From positions 1 to 34,278 of IMG/VR virus record IMGVR_UViG_3300010354_000288: a DNA stretch of 34,278 bases. The stretch is one strand, 5' to 3'. Position 1 is the stretch's first letter, and each line of letters opens with the position of its first letter. The notes under the pieces were generated by a model. It ran no database searches, was not told the origin of the DNA, and worked only from the letters and a program-made list of their open reading frames with translations. The stretch is from a virus. Its lineage: Duplodnaviria > Caudoviricetes. The position numbers and the translations under genes were made by a program. Positions 17,360-26,121 of this stretch are shown piece by piece.

Positions 17360-17986
17360 TTAGGCTGATACAGTGAAGAATCGGTAAGCAGCAGAACCGG
17401 TTGAATCAACAAAGAAGATCATAAATTCAACTGGAACAACGCGAGGCTTGTTGTTGAGGTTGATCTTGGATACTGAGTCTGGAGTCAGAATAGCGCGATG
17501 GAAGGTGATGGTGTTCATCGCAACATCAGCAGGGCCGGTGGTTGACCATGACGGTGTTCCAATGTTGTTATTCCAACCGTGATTGAAACCTTCGCCTTGA
17601 ACGCTGCCAGCATTGAAATGGCAACCAGCCTTTACCAATACAAGTGGTTTGGCTCGGGTGTTACCTTGAGCGTCAACTGCACGAACTGCTGATTGACCAA
17701 TACAAAGCATCTCACCAAAGGTATCAACACCTGTGCTAAAGGCTGGGGCGCCCCATAGTGCTGACATCAACCCAGGCGCATCCCATTCCTTGATAATGCC
17801 GCGAACACGAATCTGGGCTCCACGACCAATCATGTCTACTTCATTGTCACCGGATTCTTCAACAGAAACCATCATGCCTTTGTGGATGATGTCGATTTCC
17901 CAACCGTCTTCTGTTGCGCCAAGATACAGTCCGTTGTAATAGGCGTTGTAATGACCTGACATTACATTTACTACAGGTGTTGCCAT
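17360..17986 (-). CDS. major tail (tube) protein
   Basis: 208 aa with YLGATEDGWEIDI and ITFHRA...VPVEF patterns typical of siphoviral tail tubes; GGAG RBS. Confidence 0.65.
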   Translation of the reverse strand: MATPVVNVMSGHYNAYYNGLYLGATEDGWEIDIIHKGMMVSVEESGDNEVDMIGRGAQIRVRGIIKEWDAPGLMSALWGAPAFSTGVDTFGEMLCIGQSAVRAVDAQGNTRAKPLVLVKAGCHFNAGSVQGEGFNHGWNNNIGTPSWSTTGPADVAMNTITFHRAILTPDSVSKINLNNKPRVVPVEFMIFFVDSTGSAAYRFFTVSA

Positions 17987-18028
17987 GTTATGTTTCTCCG
18001 ATTGATGGAATTATCTTCTGGGGATTAG

Positions 18029-18382
18029 TCAGGTTGCGGGTTGTTGCTTGCCATCAATGACAATGATTCTTTCACCAAGACCAAGTGCCATGAGGGAATG
18101 ATAGTCAGTCACTGCTTCGGGGTCAGTGGTTGTTGATACATTTCTTCCTGTTTCAAGGATTTCGTTCCAGACTTCCTCGGAGGTGTATTTCCAGCGAGTT
18201 CTGCGACCAAATGGAGGTCTGGTTTCAAAATGATATTTGTCATCAGGGCTGGTTACAACATTGATGTGAACCAGACGGTAGACAGGAATGAAATCGCTGG
18301 TTGGCTTGGCGCCATTGATGAAAGCATAGAAACGGTTGGTTGCGATGTCCTCGCGGGACTTGTACAGGGGTATGTTGGGCAT
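18029..18382 (-). CDS. hypothetical protein in the head-tail region
   Basis: 117-aa ORF starting 1 nt after the upstream stop; AAGGA RBS. Confidence 0.6.
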   Translation of the reverse strand: MPNIPLYKSREDIATNRFYAFINGAKPTSDFIPVYRLVHINVVTSPDDKYHFETRPPFGRRTRWKYTSEEVWNEILETGRNVSTTTDPEAVTDYHSLMALGLGERIIVIDGKQQPAT

Positions 18383-18383
18383 A

Positions 18384-18965
18384 CTAACAATCCTTTTGCT
18401 TAGTGATCTTGGTTACACGAAACCGGCATGTTTTAGTCATACCAATGTAACCAAAAGGTTCAATTCTTGTATTGCGGGTATTGTATGTTCCGTGGAACCA
18501 TTCCTCATTTCTGAGTTCAGGGATGGCTGTAGTGCCAATCCATGTGGGAACATTGATAAACTTCTCACCAGCTACAACAGATAGATAATCTGCATCATCC
18601 TCTGCCGTAAGTAGTGTATTTGCTGTGATGATTGGTGCTGATCTGTGGTGGATTGCAGCGACTACAAACCGGCATATCTTACCAAGACCAGATGCGGCAT
18701 TGATGTAAACTGCTTCAGGGAATCTGTCTTCGGGGACTGCTTTGATTCGCTTGGTGATTGTAATTCCAAAAGTATAAATTTCCTCGATTAAACCACCGTC
18801 ATCAAATTTACCTGTGCTGATGTCAATCATGTGAATGGTGGCATGGTAGTCACCAGTCATTGGTGGTGGATTAGCATTTACTTGCGCACCACAATTCTTC
18901 TCATCGAACATATTGAATGTTCGGAGGTATGTTTGCAGGCCAAATAAAAGAGCGTGTTCACTCAC
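18384..18965 (-). CDS. putative tail terminator/completion protein
   Basis: GTGA coupling with the upstream gene; size and position between the morphogenesis gene and the tail tube. Confidence 0.5.
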   Translation of the reverse strand: MSEHALLFGLQTYLRTFNMFDEKNCGAQVNANPPPMTGDYHATIHMIDISTGKFDDGGLIEEIYTFGITITKRIKAVPEDRFPEAVYINAASGLGKICRFVVAAIHHRSAPIITANTLLTAEDDADYLSVVAGEKFINVPTWIGTTAIPELRNEEWFHGTYNTRNTRIEPFGYIGMTKTCRFRVTKITKQKDC

Positions 18966-19555
18966 CGAATTGCCTCAATCAATCGTTTCTTGGCTTGTCC
19001 TACTGCTTCTTGAATTGCCTCTGTAACCCATTCACCAGCGTTATCCGGGATGACGGGTCTGGTGTTATTGTGGTACTTGGCGTATTCAACATTTGTACCA
19101 ATCGTAAACTTACCTGTTGTCTGGTAGACAACTTGATCTTCACGAGGAGAATAATACCCCATACCGCGAATGATAGATGGTCTTAGGCTTTTGATAAGCC
19201 TATCTGTTTCACGCATAATCAACCTACGTTGATCGCGAACAGAACGTAGCCCACCAAGAGACTTACGTTCTCTGGCACGAAATGAACGTAATGCCGATGT
19301 GGGTCGTTGTTTCAGATCAATGGTTGACTCAGCCAATGGTTCCCATGTGTTACCAAGTTCATCAGAACCGCCATAAGACTTGATGACATAGGCTTCGTAT
19401 ATTTTCTGGAATAGATAAGAGGTTAGTGTGTTCCAGAAGACACGACCGATCCCATAGTCATCTGTCTTTCTTCCAGAAATATATCCGCCAATGCTCCGTG
19501 TAATGTTTTTGATACGGGCTATGTCAGATCGCTTGACTTGGATTCTGGTTGCCAT
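18962..19555 (-). CDS. virion morphogenesis protein (Mu gpG / tail completion S-like)
   Basis: WEPLAESTI...K, IMRETDRLIKSL and IGTNVEYAKYHN motifs; TAATG coupling to the upstream gene. Confidence 0.8.
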   Translation of the reverse strand: MATRIQVKRSDIARIKNITRSIGGYISGRKTDDYGIGRVFWNTLTSYLFQKIYEAYVIKSYGGSDELGNTWEPLAESTIDLKQRPTSALRSFRARERKSLGGLRSVRDQRRLIMRETDRLIKSLRPSIIRGMGYYSPREDQVVYQTTGKFTIGTNVEYAKYHNNTRPVIPDNAGEWVTEAIQEAVGQAKKRLIEAIR

Positions 19556-20064
19556 TAGAGCCATCCCCAGAAATAGCCAAATGAGATGTCTTGACCATCA
19601 TAGGAACCGCCAGTGCTAATGTTTTGTCGCACACGAATCTTAGCCGAGATAAACATCTCATCCACATACACATTTGACATGGATGGGATGATGGTATCTC
19701 TGGTTGGGATGTCTACCAGAGGATTGATCTCACCAGATGCAATTCCATCCAGTTCACGGAGAGCATCTTCATACAGGTCAGCGAAGTAATGTTCGTTACC
19801 TCTGCGCTTTGACAGAAGATGTGCTGCAATCCATGTGGCTCTGCTCTTAACCCAATTACTGTTGGCTAACGCAGCGTTGGTGTGAAATTTGTTTAACCTG
19901 ACAATGATGGTCTGTTCAGCATCAAAGATGATCTGAGACATGATTTCATCAATATCACCCGCTGCTAGGTCATCAAGAATGTTGGTGTAGCCTGTAGCAC
20001 CATACAATGCTTTCACATTGTCAACATTGGTAAAACCGTTGGTTGTAAATGTGTTGTACGGCAT
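19555..20064 (-). CDS. head-tail adaptor (Mu gp36/DUF1320-like)
   Basis: Helical 169-aa protein with DAEQTI...L, WIAAHLL..RR and YEDALRELDGIASG patterns; GAGGT RBS. Confidence 0.65.
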   Translation of the reverse strand: MPYNTFTTNGFTNVDNVKALYGATGYTNILDDLAAGDIDEIMSQIIFDAEQTIIVRLNKFHTNAALANSNWVKSRATWIAAHLLSKRRGNEHYFADLYEDALRELDGIASGEINPLVDIPTRDTIIPSMSNVYVDEMFISAKIRVRQNISTGGSYDGQDISFGYFWGWL

Positions 20065-20138
20065 TGCTACACCTCAGTTTCTATTACTACGACCCGCTTT
20101 AGATTCTTCTCGCCAATCACCCGCATGAGACACTGCCT

Positions 20139-20549
20139 CTAGTTCAGTTCCGGTTGTGGAATATAGCCCTGCTCAATCGCCTGCTTTCGTGTCAGCACGT
20201 ACGGTTGCCAGCTTGGCGGAATCATGCTGCTTGGTGCAAACCGCTGACCAGCCAGCATCTGAACTGCTGCAACGATGCCGTCTAGTTCCGCCTGTGTGAT
20301 TTGCTGCTGTGCGACAAACGGTTCAAGCACCGCGACCAGCCCAGACGGGTCGGCGGCAAGGTGAATCGGAATCGTATCCTCTTCCGGCAGTTCCAGCACC
20401 GTGAACGGAATCTGTGGGTGGACGTACATGCCGCAGTAGAACTCGCTAACGTTGCGAGGGTCACGAACGTCATCAGGCTGGGTCAGCTTGTAAAGCTGGC
20501 GGTTCAGTTCCGCCGCTGAATCGTTGTGGACTGGCACGTAGATTGCCAT
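20139..20549 (-). CDS. hypothetical protein within the GC-rich insert (possible fibre chaperone)
   Basis: ATG immediately after the stop of the lectin-like gene; GC-rich codon usage. Confidence 0.6.
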   Translation of the reverse strand: MAIYVPVHNDSAAELNRQLYKLTQPDDVRDPRNVSEFYCGMYVHPQIPFTVLELPEEDTIPIHLAADPSGLVAVLEPFVAQQQITQAELDGIVAAVQMLAGQRFAPSSMIPPSWQPYVLTRKQAIEQGYIPQPELN

Positions 20550-21476
20550 TTACGGTGTCCCCCAAAATGTCTTCGCATTGGCTTCCCATGTCGTGCGGCT
20601 GGCTGTGCGGTCGCCTGACCAAATAACCAGCTCGCAGAACGTGCCATCAAAAGGCAATGCCCCACTTGGATACGCCAGAATCGTGAGATTGCCAGCAGCA
20701 TTTTCAACGAACGGAACACCAGTTGCGGCGTTTGCTGTTGCTGACGCTGTGCCGTCCTGCCACACAAATACACGATTCGCAGCCGTTCCGTTGTCTGGGT
20801 CTATTGCAACAGAATTCAATCGCATGTTGGTGGTACTTGTTCCAGCTGCTGAAATTACGACAGAATTTCCAGTGGTGGATACTCCCCCGCTGTCAATTTT
20901 GCTAGCCCTGACGTCAAAACTTTCTGTTGTTCCAGACATTAAAGTGAACCCAGCTTCGGCTGATAGGCTGCTCGCTGTTCCAATCAATACTTTTCTGACC
21001 GCTGTGTCGGCTGACGCATGAACAGCGTACAAAGTCCCGCCAGTTGTGTGCAAAAAATTGTACGTGCTTGTTGAGCTGGCAACACTCATTCGCCTTGCCG
21101 CTGCCGTCGTCGTCGAACAGGCGAGAAATCCGTTTTGCGTCACAGCCACGCCGGAAGATACGCAAATGGGCTGAAGCGTTGTGGTCGATTGTGTCAGATT
21201 GCGAGACAGTCCCGACTGCCCGTAGATCGTCGTCAGGAACCCATCGCCCGCGCCGCAAAAAGCCGCAACCGCTGCCGCACTCACCGCACCATTGGCACCG
21301 CTGCCACTAAAATCCTGTTCCGCATTGTCGCTTGACCGGCGAACGCGAATGACTGGCCCGCTGTAACCAGCCCGTAAACGCCGACCGACCGACCACGCAG
21401 ATTCAAGACCAGAACCGAGCGTGTCCAAGGAACCACGAAAGCCAGCATTTCCCATCAACAGCAGCAATCCCATCAC
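20550..21476 (-). CDS. lectin/concanavalin A-like (arabinofuranosidase-B N-terminal-like) virion protein
   Basis: AWSVGRRLRAGYSGPVIRVRRSSDNAEQDF...YGQSG..RNLTQ and FDGTFCELVIW motifs of LamG/AbfB-like phage fibre proteins. Confidence 0.7.
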   Translation of the reverse strand: MMGLLLLMGNAGFRGSLDTLGSGLESAWSVGRRLRAGYSGPVIRVRRSSDNAEQDFSGSGANGAVSAAAVAAFCGAGDGFLTTIYGQSGLSRNLTQSTTTLQPICVSSGVAVTQNGFLACSTTTAAARRMSVASSTSTYNFLHTTGGTLYAVHASADTAVRKVLIGTASSLSAEAGFTLMSGTTESFDVRASKIDSGGVSTTGNSVVISAAGTSTTNMRLNSVAIDPDNGTAANRVFVWQDGTASATANAATGVPFVENAAGNLTILAYPSGALPFDGTFCELVIWSGDRTASRTTWEANAKTFWGTP

Positions 21477-21820
21477 GCCCTCCAGTAGCGGCTGCGAAGC
21501 CAGTTAAGAAAATGCGGACCGAACTCAGGACCACCGCCAGCGGCGTGATAGATTTCTCTGGCGATCCGGCTGTGGTGAAACTTGTCAGCGGGTGGTGAAG
21601 CACGATAACCAAGGAAGTGCATGGTTTCATGAATCAACCAAATACAGGCAATCTTGGCTGTTACCCCAGCACGACTGCATGGTGTCACGCCGTTACTGTC
21701 TTGGTAGAGCGTCGATATCTGCGACGGGTCCAGCCACAGGCCCTGCTCGTTGTTACTAAATAATTCTTGTCGTGGATTAAATGACCTTTTTCCACCAAGA
21801 GGGCCAAGTAGTAATGACAT
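21473..21820 (-). CDS. apparent chimeric or truncated gene: LamG-fibre-like N-terminus fused to an HExxH-containing C-terminus
   Basis: GLWLDPSQISTLYQDSNGVTP (typical start of LamG-like fibre proteins) is followed abruptly by LIHETMHFLGY. Confidence 0.5.
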   Translation of the reverse strand: MSLLLGPLGGKRSFNPRQELFSNNEQGLWLDPSQISTLYQDSNGVTPCSRAGVTAKIACIWLIHETMHFLGYRASPPADKFHHSRIAREIYHAAGGGPEFGPHFLNWLRSRYWRA

Positions 21821-21874
21821 AATGTTCTATCCCAGAAGGAAACAAGAATCGGGCGTAATCTTCTCTGGATGAAA

Positions 21875-22219
21875 CTAACGAACAATTCGCAAATGATAAC
21901 GGAAGGTTCTAGCACCACCTTCATTACCAGATGCTTTCAACCGTACATATCGCATACAGTTGGTGCTGAAATAATCCAAGTTAATGAACCTAGCTTGACT
22001 GGCTGAAACAGTAATCGTGTATTGAGTTCCATCATCTTTGAACACAGGAACCCAAGTTGAGTTATCTTCACTCATCTCCAAAGTCCATGATGTGTTAGTT
22101 AGTGCTGCCGGTGTTGTAATTGCACCAAGATTTCTGTTCTTGGTGTCAATGCTGCTACTGACAGCGGCGCCGTTGGCAACAGTAAACGAACCAGAGAAGG
22201 TCTTGATAGGTCGAGTCAT
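21875..22219 (-). CDS. small beta-rich putative virion protein
   Basis: 114 aa, Ser/Thr/Ala-rich beta pattern (…MRYVRLKAS…); AGGAA RBS. Confidence 0.6.
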   Translation of the reverse strand: MTRPIKTFSGSFTVANGAAVSSSIDTKNRNLGAITTPAALTNTSWTLEMSEDNSTWVPVFKDDGTQYTITVSASQARFINLDYFSTNCMRYVRLKASGNEGGARTFRYHLRIVR

Positions 22220-22236
22220 TTTCAGTTCCTGCTTTG

Positions 22237-22611
22237 TTAGTTGCTGTTGCCATTGTTTAGCTTTTGTTCAATGGCTTCCAATGTTTTGTTTTGCTTGTCA
22301 GAAGCATTATTCAATTTGTCGATACCAGAATTGAGAGATTCCAATTCTCTGGCAATTACACCATTGTTCTTTTGGTGTTCTTCGACAATGTATGTGATTC
22401 GTTCGACTGACTTTTCAACCTGATTGATGAACTCAATCTGTCGTTCAGTCAAAGGCTTGAGAATGTTTGACCCTAGCCATGTGGAAGAATTATAGATACC
22501 AATTCCAACCAGAATCAAAAGAACCGTTGGTAGCCCAAGTTGCTTGGTAGCGACAACCCACCATGGTTCCTTCTCGATAAACACTTGCTTTGTTTCCATC
22601 TCTACCGACAT
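22237..22611 (-). CDS. holin-like membrane protein
   Basis: One N-terminal hydrophobic segment (LGLPTVLLILVGIGIY) followed by a coiled coil. Confidence 0.5.
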   Translation of the reverse strand: MSVEMETKQVFIEKEPWWVVATKQLGLPTVLLILVGIGIYNSSTWLGSNILKPLTERQIEFINQVEKSVERITYIVEEHQKNNGVIARELESLNSGIDKLNNASDKQNKTLEAIEQKLNNGNSN

Positions 22612-22636
22612 CTTGTTACCTGAAAGATAAGGTTAC

Positions 22637-22676
22637 AAAAAAAGCCGATGCCGATCTTACAACCGACACCGGCTTT
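22637..22676 (-). terminator. Rho-independent terminator after the major capsid gene
   Basis: AAAGCCGGTGTCGGT-loop-GATCGGCATCGGC followed by T7 on the minus strand. Confidence 0.85.
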
Positions 22677-22712
22677 CGCAAAAGGAACCCGCAAAGGAAC
22701 CTGATTCAGTTG

Positions 22713-23897
22713 TTACGTTCCAACGTAGCCGTAGCCGATGCAGTTAGGAACGTACAGGACAGGGAGGTAGTTGTCCAAGAACTTGAGTTCATACCCCGGC
22801 GGGTCGATCACTCGGGTTGCCCAGTTGGTAAACCCTGTCGCAATACGACCTTGACTCATCAGGTTCTCAGCAATTGGTTCGCTGCCGAGAGTCATACCAA
22901 TCCATTCGTCCGAAGGATCAGGCATGGTGATGATGTAGTCATCGGGGATGAGGTATTCCACACCAGTCGCACCAAGGCTGGTAACAGAATCTCGGGTGTC
23001 ACCAGTGGCGCTGAGAACACCGTCATAGATGTGGAAAGTGAACAAAGGCAATGCTCGGAACTTGACATCGAAGCCAGTGTCCGGGATACCTTCTCGGCTG
23101 GTAACCGTTCGTCCCGAGAGACTTTCAAACACAGTTACCGATTGACCACCAAGTTCATGGAGTCCATCGTTGTTCAAGCACTTGTTATAAGTGTTGGTGT
23201 TCATCCAGATGTGCCGCAGAGGACGACCTTGGATTCGGCTATAGGCGGCATTGATCTTGTTCAATTGGCCTACAACGTCTGCCGATGGGTCACCCCAATC
23301 ACTCAAGATGTCAGAACCAGTTCCAAGCTGCAAACGGGTCTTGTTGTCAGCAGGGATCTGGTAGTCAACGATGATCTCGTCGGTAGCTGCACCGTTGTAG
23401 TTCTTCAAGGAATAGGATTCACCATCCCGTTCCATGTTGAAACCACCACGAAGCAAACGAGACAGCATCCACTCACGTTGGTTGCGGAACCGGTCAGTGA
23501 GGAATCGAACTTGACGGGCTACTTTCTTCTGACCGCGAACATCAACAATGTTCCCGAGTTGCCCACCGAGGTCACGCTGATTGAAAATCTCTTCGTCCAG
23601 AATCAGAACTGATTCATGGGCTCGGAAGAGGTGAGCCGATGCGTAACCAATCGGCTTCTTGCGTACCCGTACTGGGCCTGCGGTTGGAGCGCGTCCAGTG
23701 GCAAACTGACGGGTTGAATCGAAGATGTCCCAGCCGAAGTCACGGCCAGTTACAGTGTCGGTGGCAGAATCATTGTCGCCCGACATGAAACCAAAGAACT
23801 TCTGAAACAGGCTGAGAGGCGTCGAGATCCGGTTTACGATCTTCGTGATAACCGGAGCCGACAACATCTCGTTGACGGTAATACCTTGAGTGGTCAT
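22713..23897 (-). CDS. major capsid protein (phage capsid E-like, HK97 fold)
   Basis: 394 aa after the protease and decoration genes; REWML..LL.G, VDYQIP and LPVL..P motifs resembling the Phage_cap_E family; AGGAGA RBS; terminator downstream. Confidence 0.8.
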   Translation of the reverse strand: MTTQGITVNEMLSAPVITKIVNRISTPLSLFQKFFGFMSGDNDSATDTVTGRDFGWDIFDSTRQFATGRAPTAGPVRVRKKPIGYASAHLFRAHESVLILDEEIFNQRDLGGQLGNIVDVRGQKKVARQVRFLTDRFRNQREWMLSRLLRGGFNMERDGESYSLKNYNGAATDEIIVDYQIPADNKTRLQLGTGSDILSDWGDPSADVVGQLNKINAAYSRIQGRPLRHIWMNTNTYNKCLNNDGLHELGGQSVTVFESLSGRTVTSREGIPDTGFDVKFRALPLFTFHIYDGVLSATGDTRDSVTSLGATGVEYLIPDDYIITMPDPSDEWIGMTLGSEPIAENLMSQGRIATGFTNWATRVIDPPGYELKFLDNYLPVLYVPNCIGYGYVGT

Positions 23898-23948
23898 GAA
23901 AAAATCTCCTGAATGATTGGTTGAAAATCAACGGTGGCTGTCTCTGGA

Positions 23949-24740
23949 TTACAGAGATTCAACCAACCACAAAGAACCGTTACCACGAATACGACGAACA
24001 GTACCATCAATCGACAACGAACTTGCTGCCGATGAGTTAGCGACCTTGATGTTCGACGAACCCGAGGTCAGGGTGATGGTTGCAGAAGTTGCGGTGTTGC
24101 TGAAGAAAGTGAACTCAATTCCCTTGTAAGCAACCAAAGAACCGAGGGCAATGGTAACAGTTCCACCAGTGTTGAAGTAATACTTGTGGCTGTCATCATA
24201 GTCGAGGGTGATACCACCAGATTGCTGTGCAGCAGACACGTTTACCACGTTGTATGCTGGGCGACCTTTGTCGAAATCATCATCGAACATGAACCGCGAA
24301 CGCATCATAGCGCGAGCCAGATGGTTGTTGGCAGCAGAGGATGACAGTCCGAGAGCAGTAGTTCCTGGAACAATCAGGCGAGAAGCACGAACACCGCCAG
24401 TCAGAACAATGGCGCCAGTGAGACGATCAGTGCTGGTGTTGTTCATCAGCATCGAACGGCTTTCCTTCAGAACACCAAAGATGTATTCCGAACCATCAGT
24501 TGCCGTTGGATCCCAAACCTTGAGCTTGTCAGTCGATTCGACTTTGCCCATCAAGAGGCCAGCACGAAGGATGTGGGTGTAACTGGTGTTACCAGTGTCT
24601 CGGGTAGTTCCATCAATCAGCATCCCGCCGACTTCATGGTTCTCCCATTTACCCCAAGTAAATTCATTTTCAAAAGTTTCAATTGCAGCGGAAATGCCCG
24701 GTACACGGTCACGACCACCATAAACCATTTGCATTGACAT
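23949..24740 (-). CDS. head decoration protein with a C-terminal extension
   Basis: GLLMGKV..TDKLKVWDPTATDGSE..FGVL motif of lambda gpD-like decoration proteins; position immediately before the capsid gene. Confidence 0.75.
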   Translation of the reverse strand: MSMQMVYGGRDRVPGISAAIETFENEFTWGKWENHEVGGMLIDGTTRDTGNTSYTHILRAGLLMGKVESTDKLKVWDPTATDGSEYIFGVLKESRSMLMNNTSTDRLTGAIVLTGGVRASRLIVPGTTALGLSSSAANNHLARAMMRSRFMFDDDFDKGRPAYNVVNVSAAQQSGGITLDYDDSHKYYFNTGGTVTIALGSLVAYKGIEFTFFSNTATSATITLTSGSSNIKVANSSAASSLSIDGTVRRIRGNGSLWLVESL

Positions 24741-24788
24741 ATCTATTACTCCAAGATTGTTCTTTGATCGAAAGAGAGGTGGTCAGGA

Positions 24789-26027
24789 CTACAGCTTGCC
24801 GAGCAAACTGTTGACGATTTCATCAGCACGACCATCATCCACCAGACCAGCATTGAGCGTCTTGTTGTTCTCAATCTGGAGTTGACCGTTGGATTCGTTA
24901 GCCATTGCGATAACTGGATTGACATTCAGATTGGGAATGACAACGCTTTCCAGCGCTTCAATCTTGCTCTGAACCAGCGGATTGACAGGCGAACCATTGT
25001 TGTCAAACGACATCTGGATGGATTCGATTTCACTCTCGTATCCAACCTTGGTTTCATCGTTGATCACGTTTCGTTGACGGAGCTTGGCAACTCGGCTTTT
25101 CAGATCAGCCTTCAGGTTGTTGGCAAGCAGAGACAACATGCCTTGGTTTTGGGATTGAATGGACTTGAAAGCTGGATGGCTCATCACAGTTTCAACGTCA
25201 ACCAAGTTCTGCTGAACCTGTGCGCCACCATTTTGCTGATTAACTGACATGACTACCGGAACCTCACTGATTTCGGATTTAGGAGGTGGTTTAAGAACAG
25301 TTCCACCAACACTGTTGTTGCCTTCAGACAACTGTTTCTGGAGTAAAGCAGCAACAAGGGCTTCTCGGAAGTCCTCGTCTGATGTGTTCGGTGGCAGTTT
25401 TACTTTTGCAACCTTCTCCAGAAGCATGAACACATCGGTTGTATTGATCATTTGAGGACTGTTATTGCCCTCATCATCATTGTCTTCCAAGTCATTGACA
25501 TTTCCAGTCAACGTAGAAGCGAAGTCTTCAACACCCATGCTGATAATCCTGTGACTCATGGCAATTGCCAATTCGTTGTTAGCTGGCTTGAAGTTGTTTT
25601 GACCCGGTTCAATTGGTTGAGTGCAACAGGCAATGTGAGTAATCACGTTGTTCCATTCACGACCCAATCCATCAACAAACTTTGGTACAGCAAAGATTGA
25701 TGTTTCCTTGACGGTCTTACCAATCTTTTCTGCATCAGATTCAAGAGGAACATCAAGCACACCAACCAGTTTGCCTGATTCGTCTTGCTTGAGTTCTTCC
25801 CAGAAGCCAAAGTTCTCTTTCGATGACGATGGTTTGTTTTCCGGGACAGCCTGTTTGTCATGATATGCCGGCGCTGGTATGTTCAAACCAGACTTTCGCA
25901 TTTCATTATGCTGCTTGACCCAATGACTGATCATCTCTTTCGTGATCAGCTTTGCATGACGATTGCCCTTCGCATCAGATACTGCGTACAGGCCGGGTGT
26001 CAGAATCTCTTTCTCGAACTTTGGCAT
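24789..26027 (-). CDS. capsid maturation protease/scaffold (Mu gpI-like)
   Basis: N-terminal protease-like region (YHD, GFW, ETSI, THIACCTQP) plus an acidic, helical scaffold-like C-terminus; first gene of the head operon. Confidence 0.7.
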   Translation of the reverse strand: MPKFEKEILTPGLYAVSDAKGNRHAKLITKEMISHWVKQHNEMRKSGLNIPAPAYHDKQAVPENKPSSSKENFGFWEELKQDESGKLVGVLDVPLESDAEKIGKTVKETSIFAVPKFVDGLGREWNNVITHIACCTQPIEPGQNNFKPANNELAIAMSHRIISMGVEDFASTLTGNVNDLEDNDDEGNNSPQMINTTDVFMLLEKVAKVKLPPNTSDEDFREALVAALLQKQLSEGNNSVGGTVLKPPPKSEISEVPVVMSVNQQNGGAQVQQNLVDVETVMSHPAFKSIQSQNQGMLSLLANNLKADLKSRVAKLRQRNVINDETKVGYESEIESIQMSFDNNGSPVNPLVQSKIEALESVVIPNLNVNPVIAMANESNGQLQIENNKTLNAGLVDDGRADEIVNSLLGKL

Positions 26028-26065
26028 TATCTGTTCCAGAAAAAACTATCGTCACAATCATGACA

Positions 26066-26093
26066 AGCATATAATCGCCCAAACACCTGTCAA
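26066..26093 (-). promoter_or_regulatory. sigma70-like promoter TTGACA-N16-TATGCT for the head operon, overlapping a + strand TATAAT (26070-26075)
   Basis: Divergent intergenic region 26028-26121. Confidence 0.5.
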
Positions 26094-26121
26094 ATACATT
26101 TTCTCTGGGAGAAAACGGTCG

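Noticed and set aside
22678-22701. Short direct repeat GCAAA(A)GGAACC x2 after the capsid gene
   Set aside because: Only two 11-12-nt copies next to a terminator; insufficient to assign a function.
22590-23612. 340-aa + strand ORF antisense to the major capsid gene
   Set aside because: Codon-aligned shadow of a highly biased gene; no RBS, no recognisable motif, and it runs across the capsid terminator.
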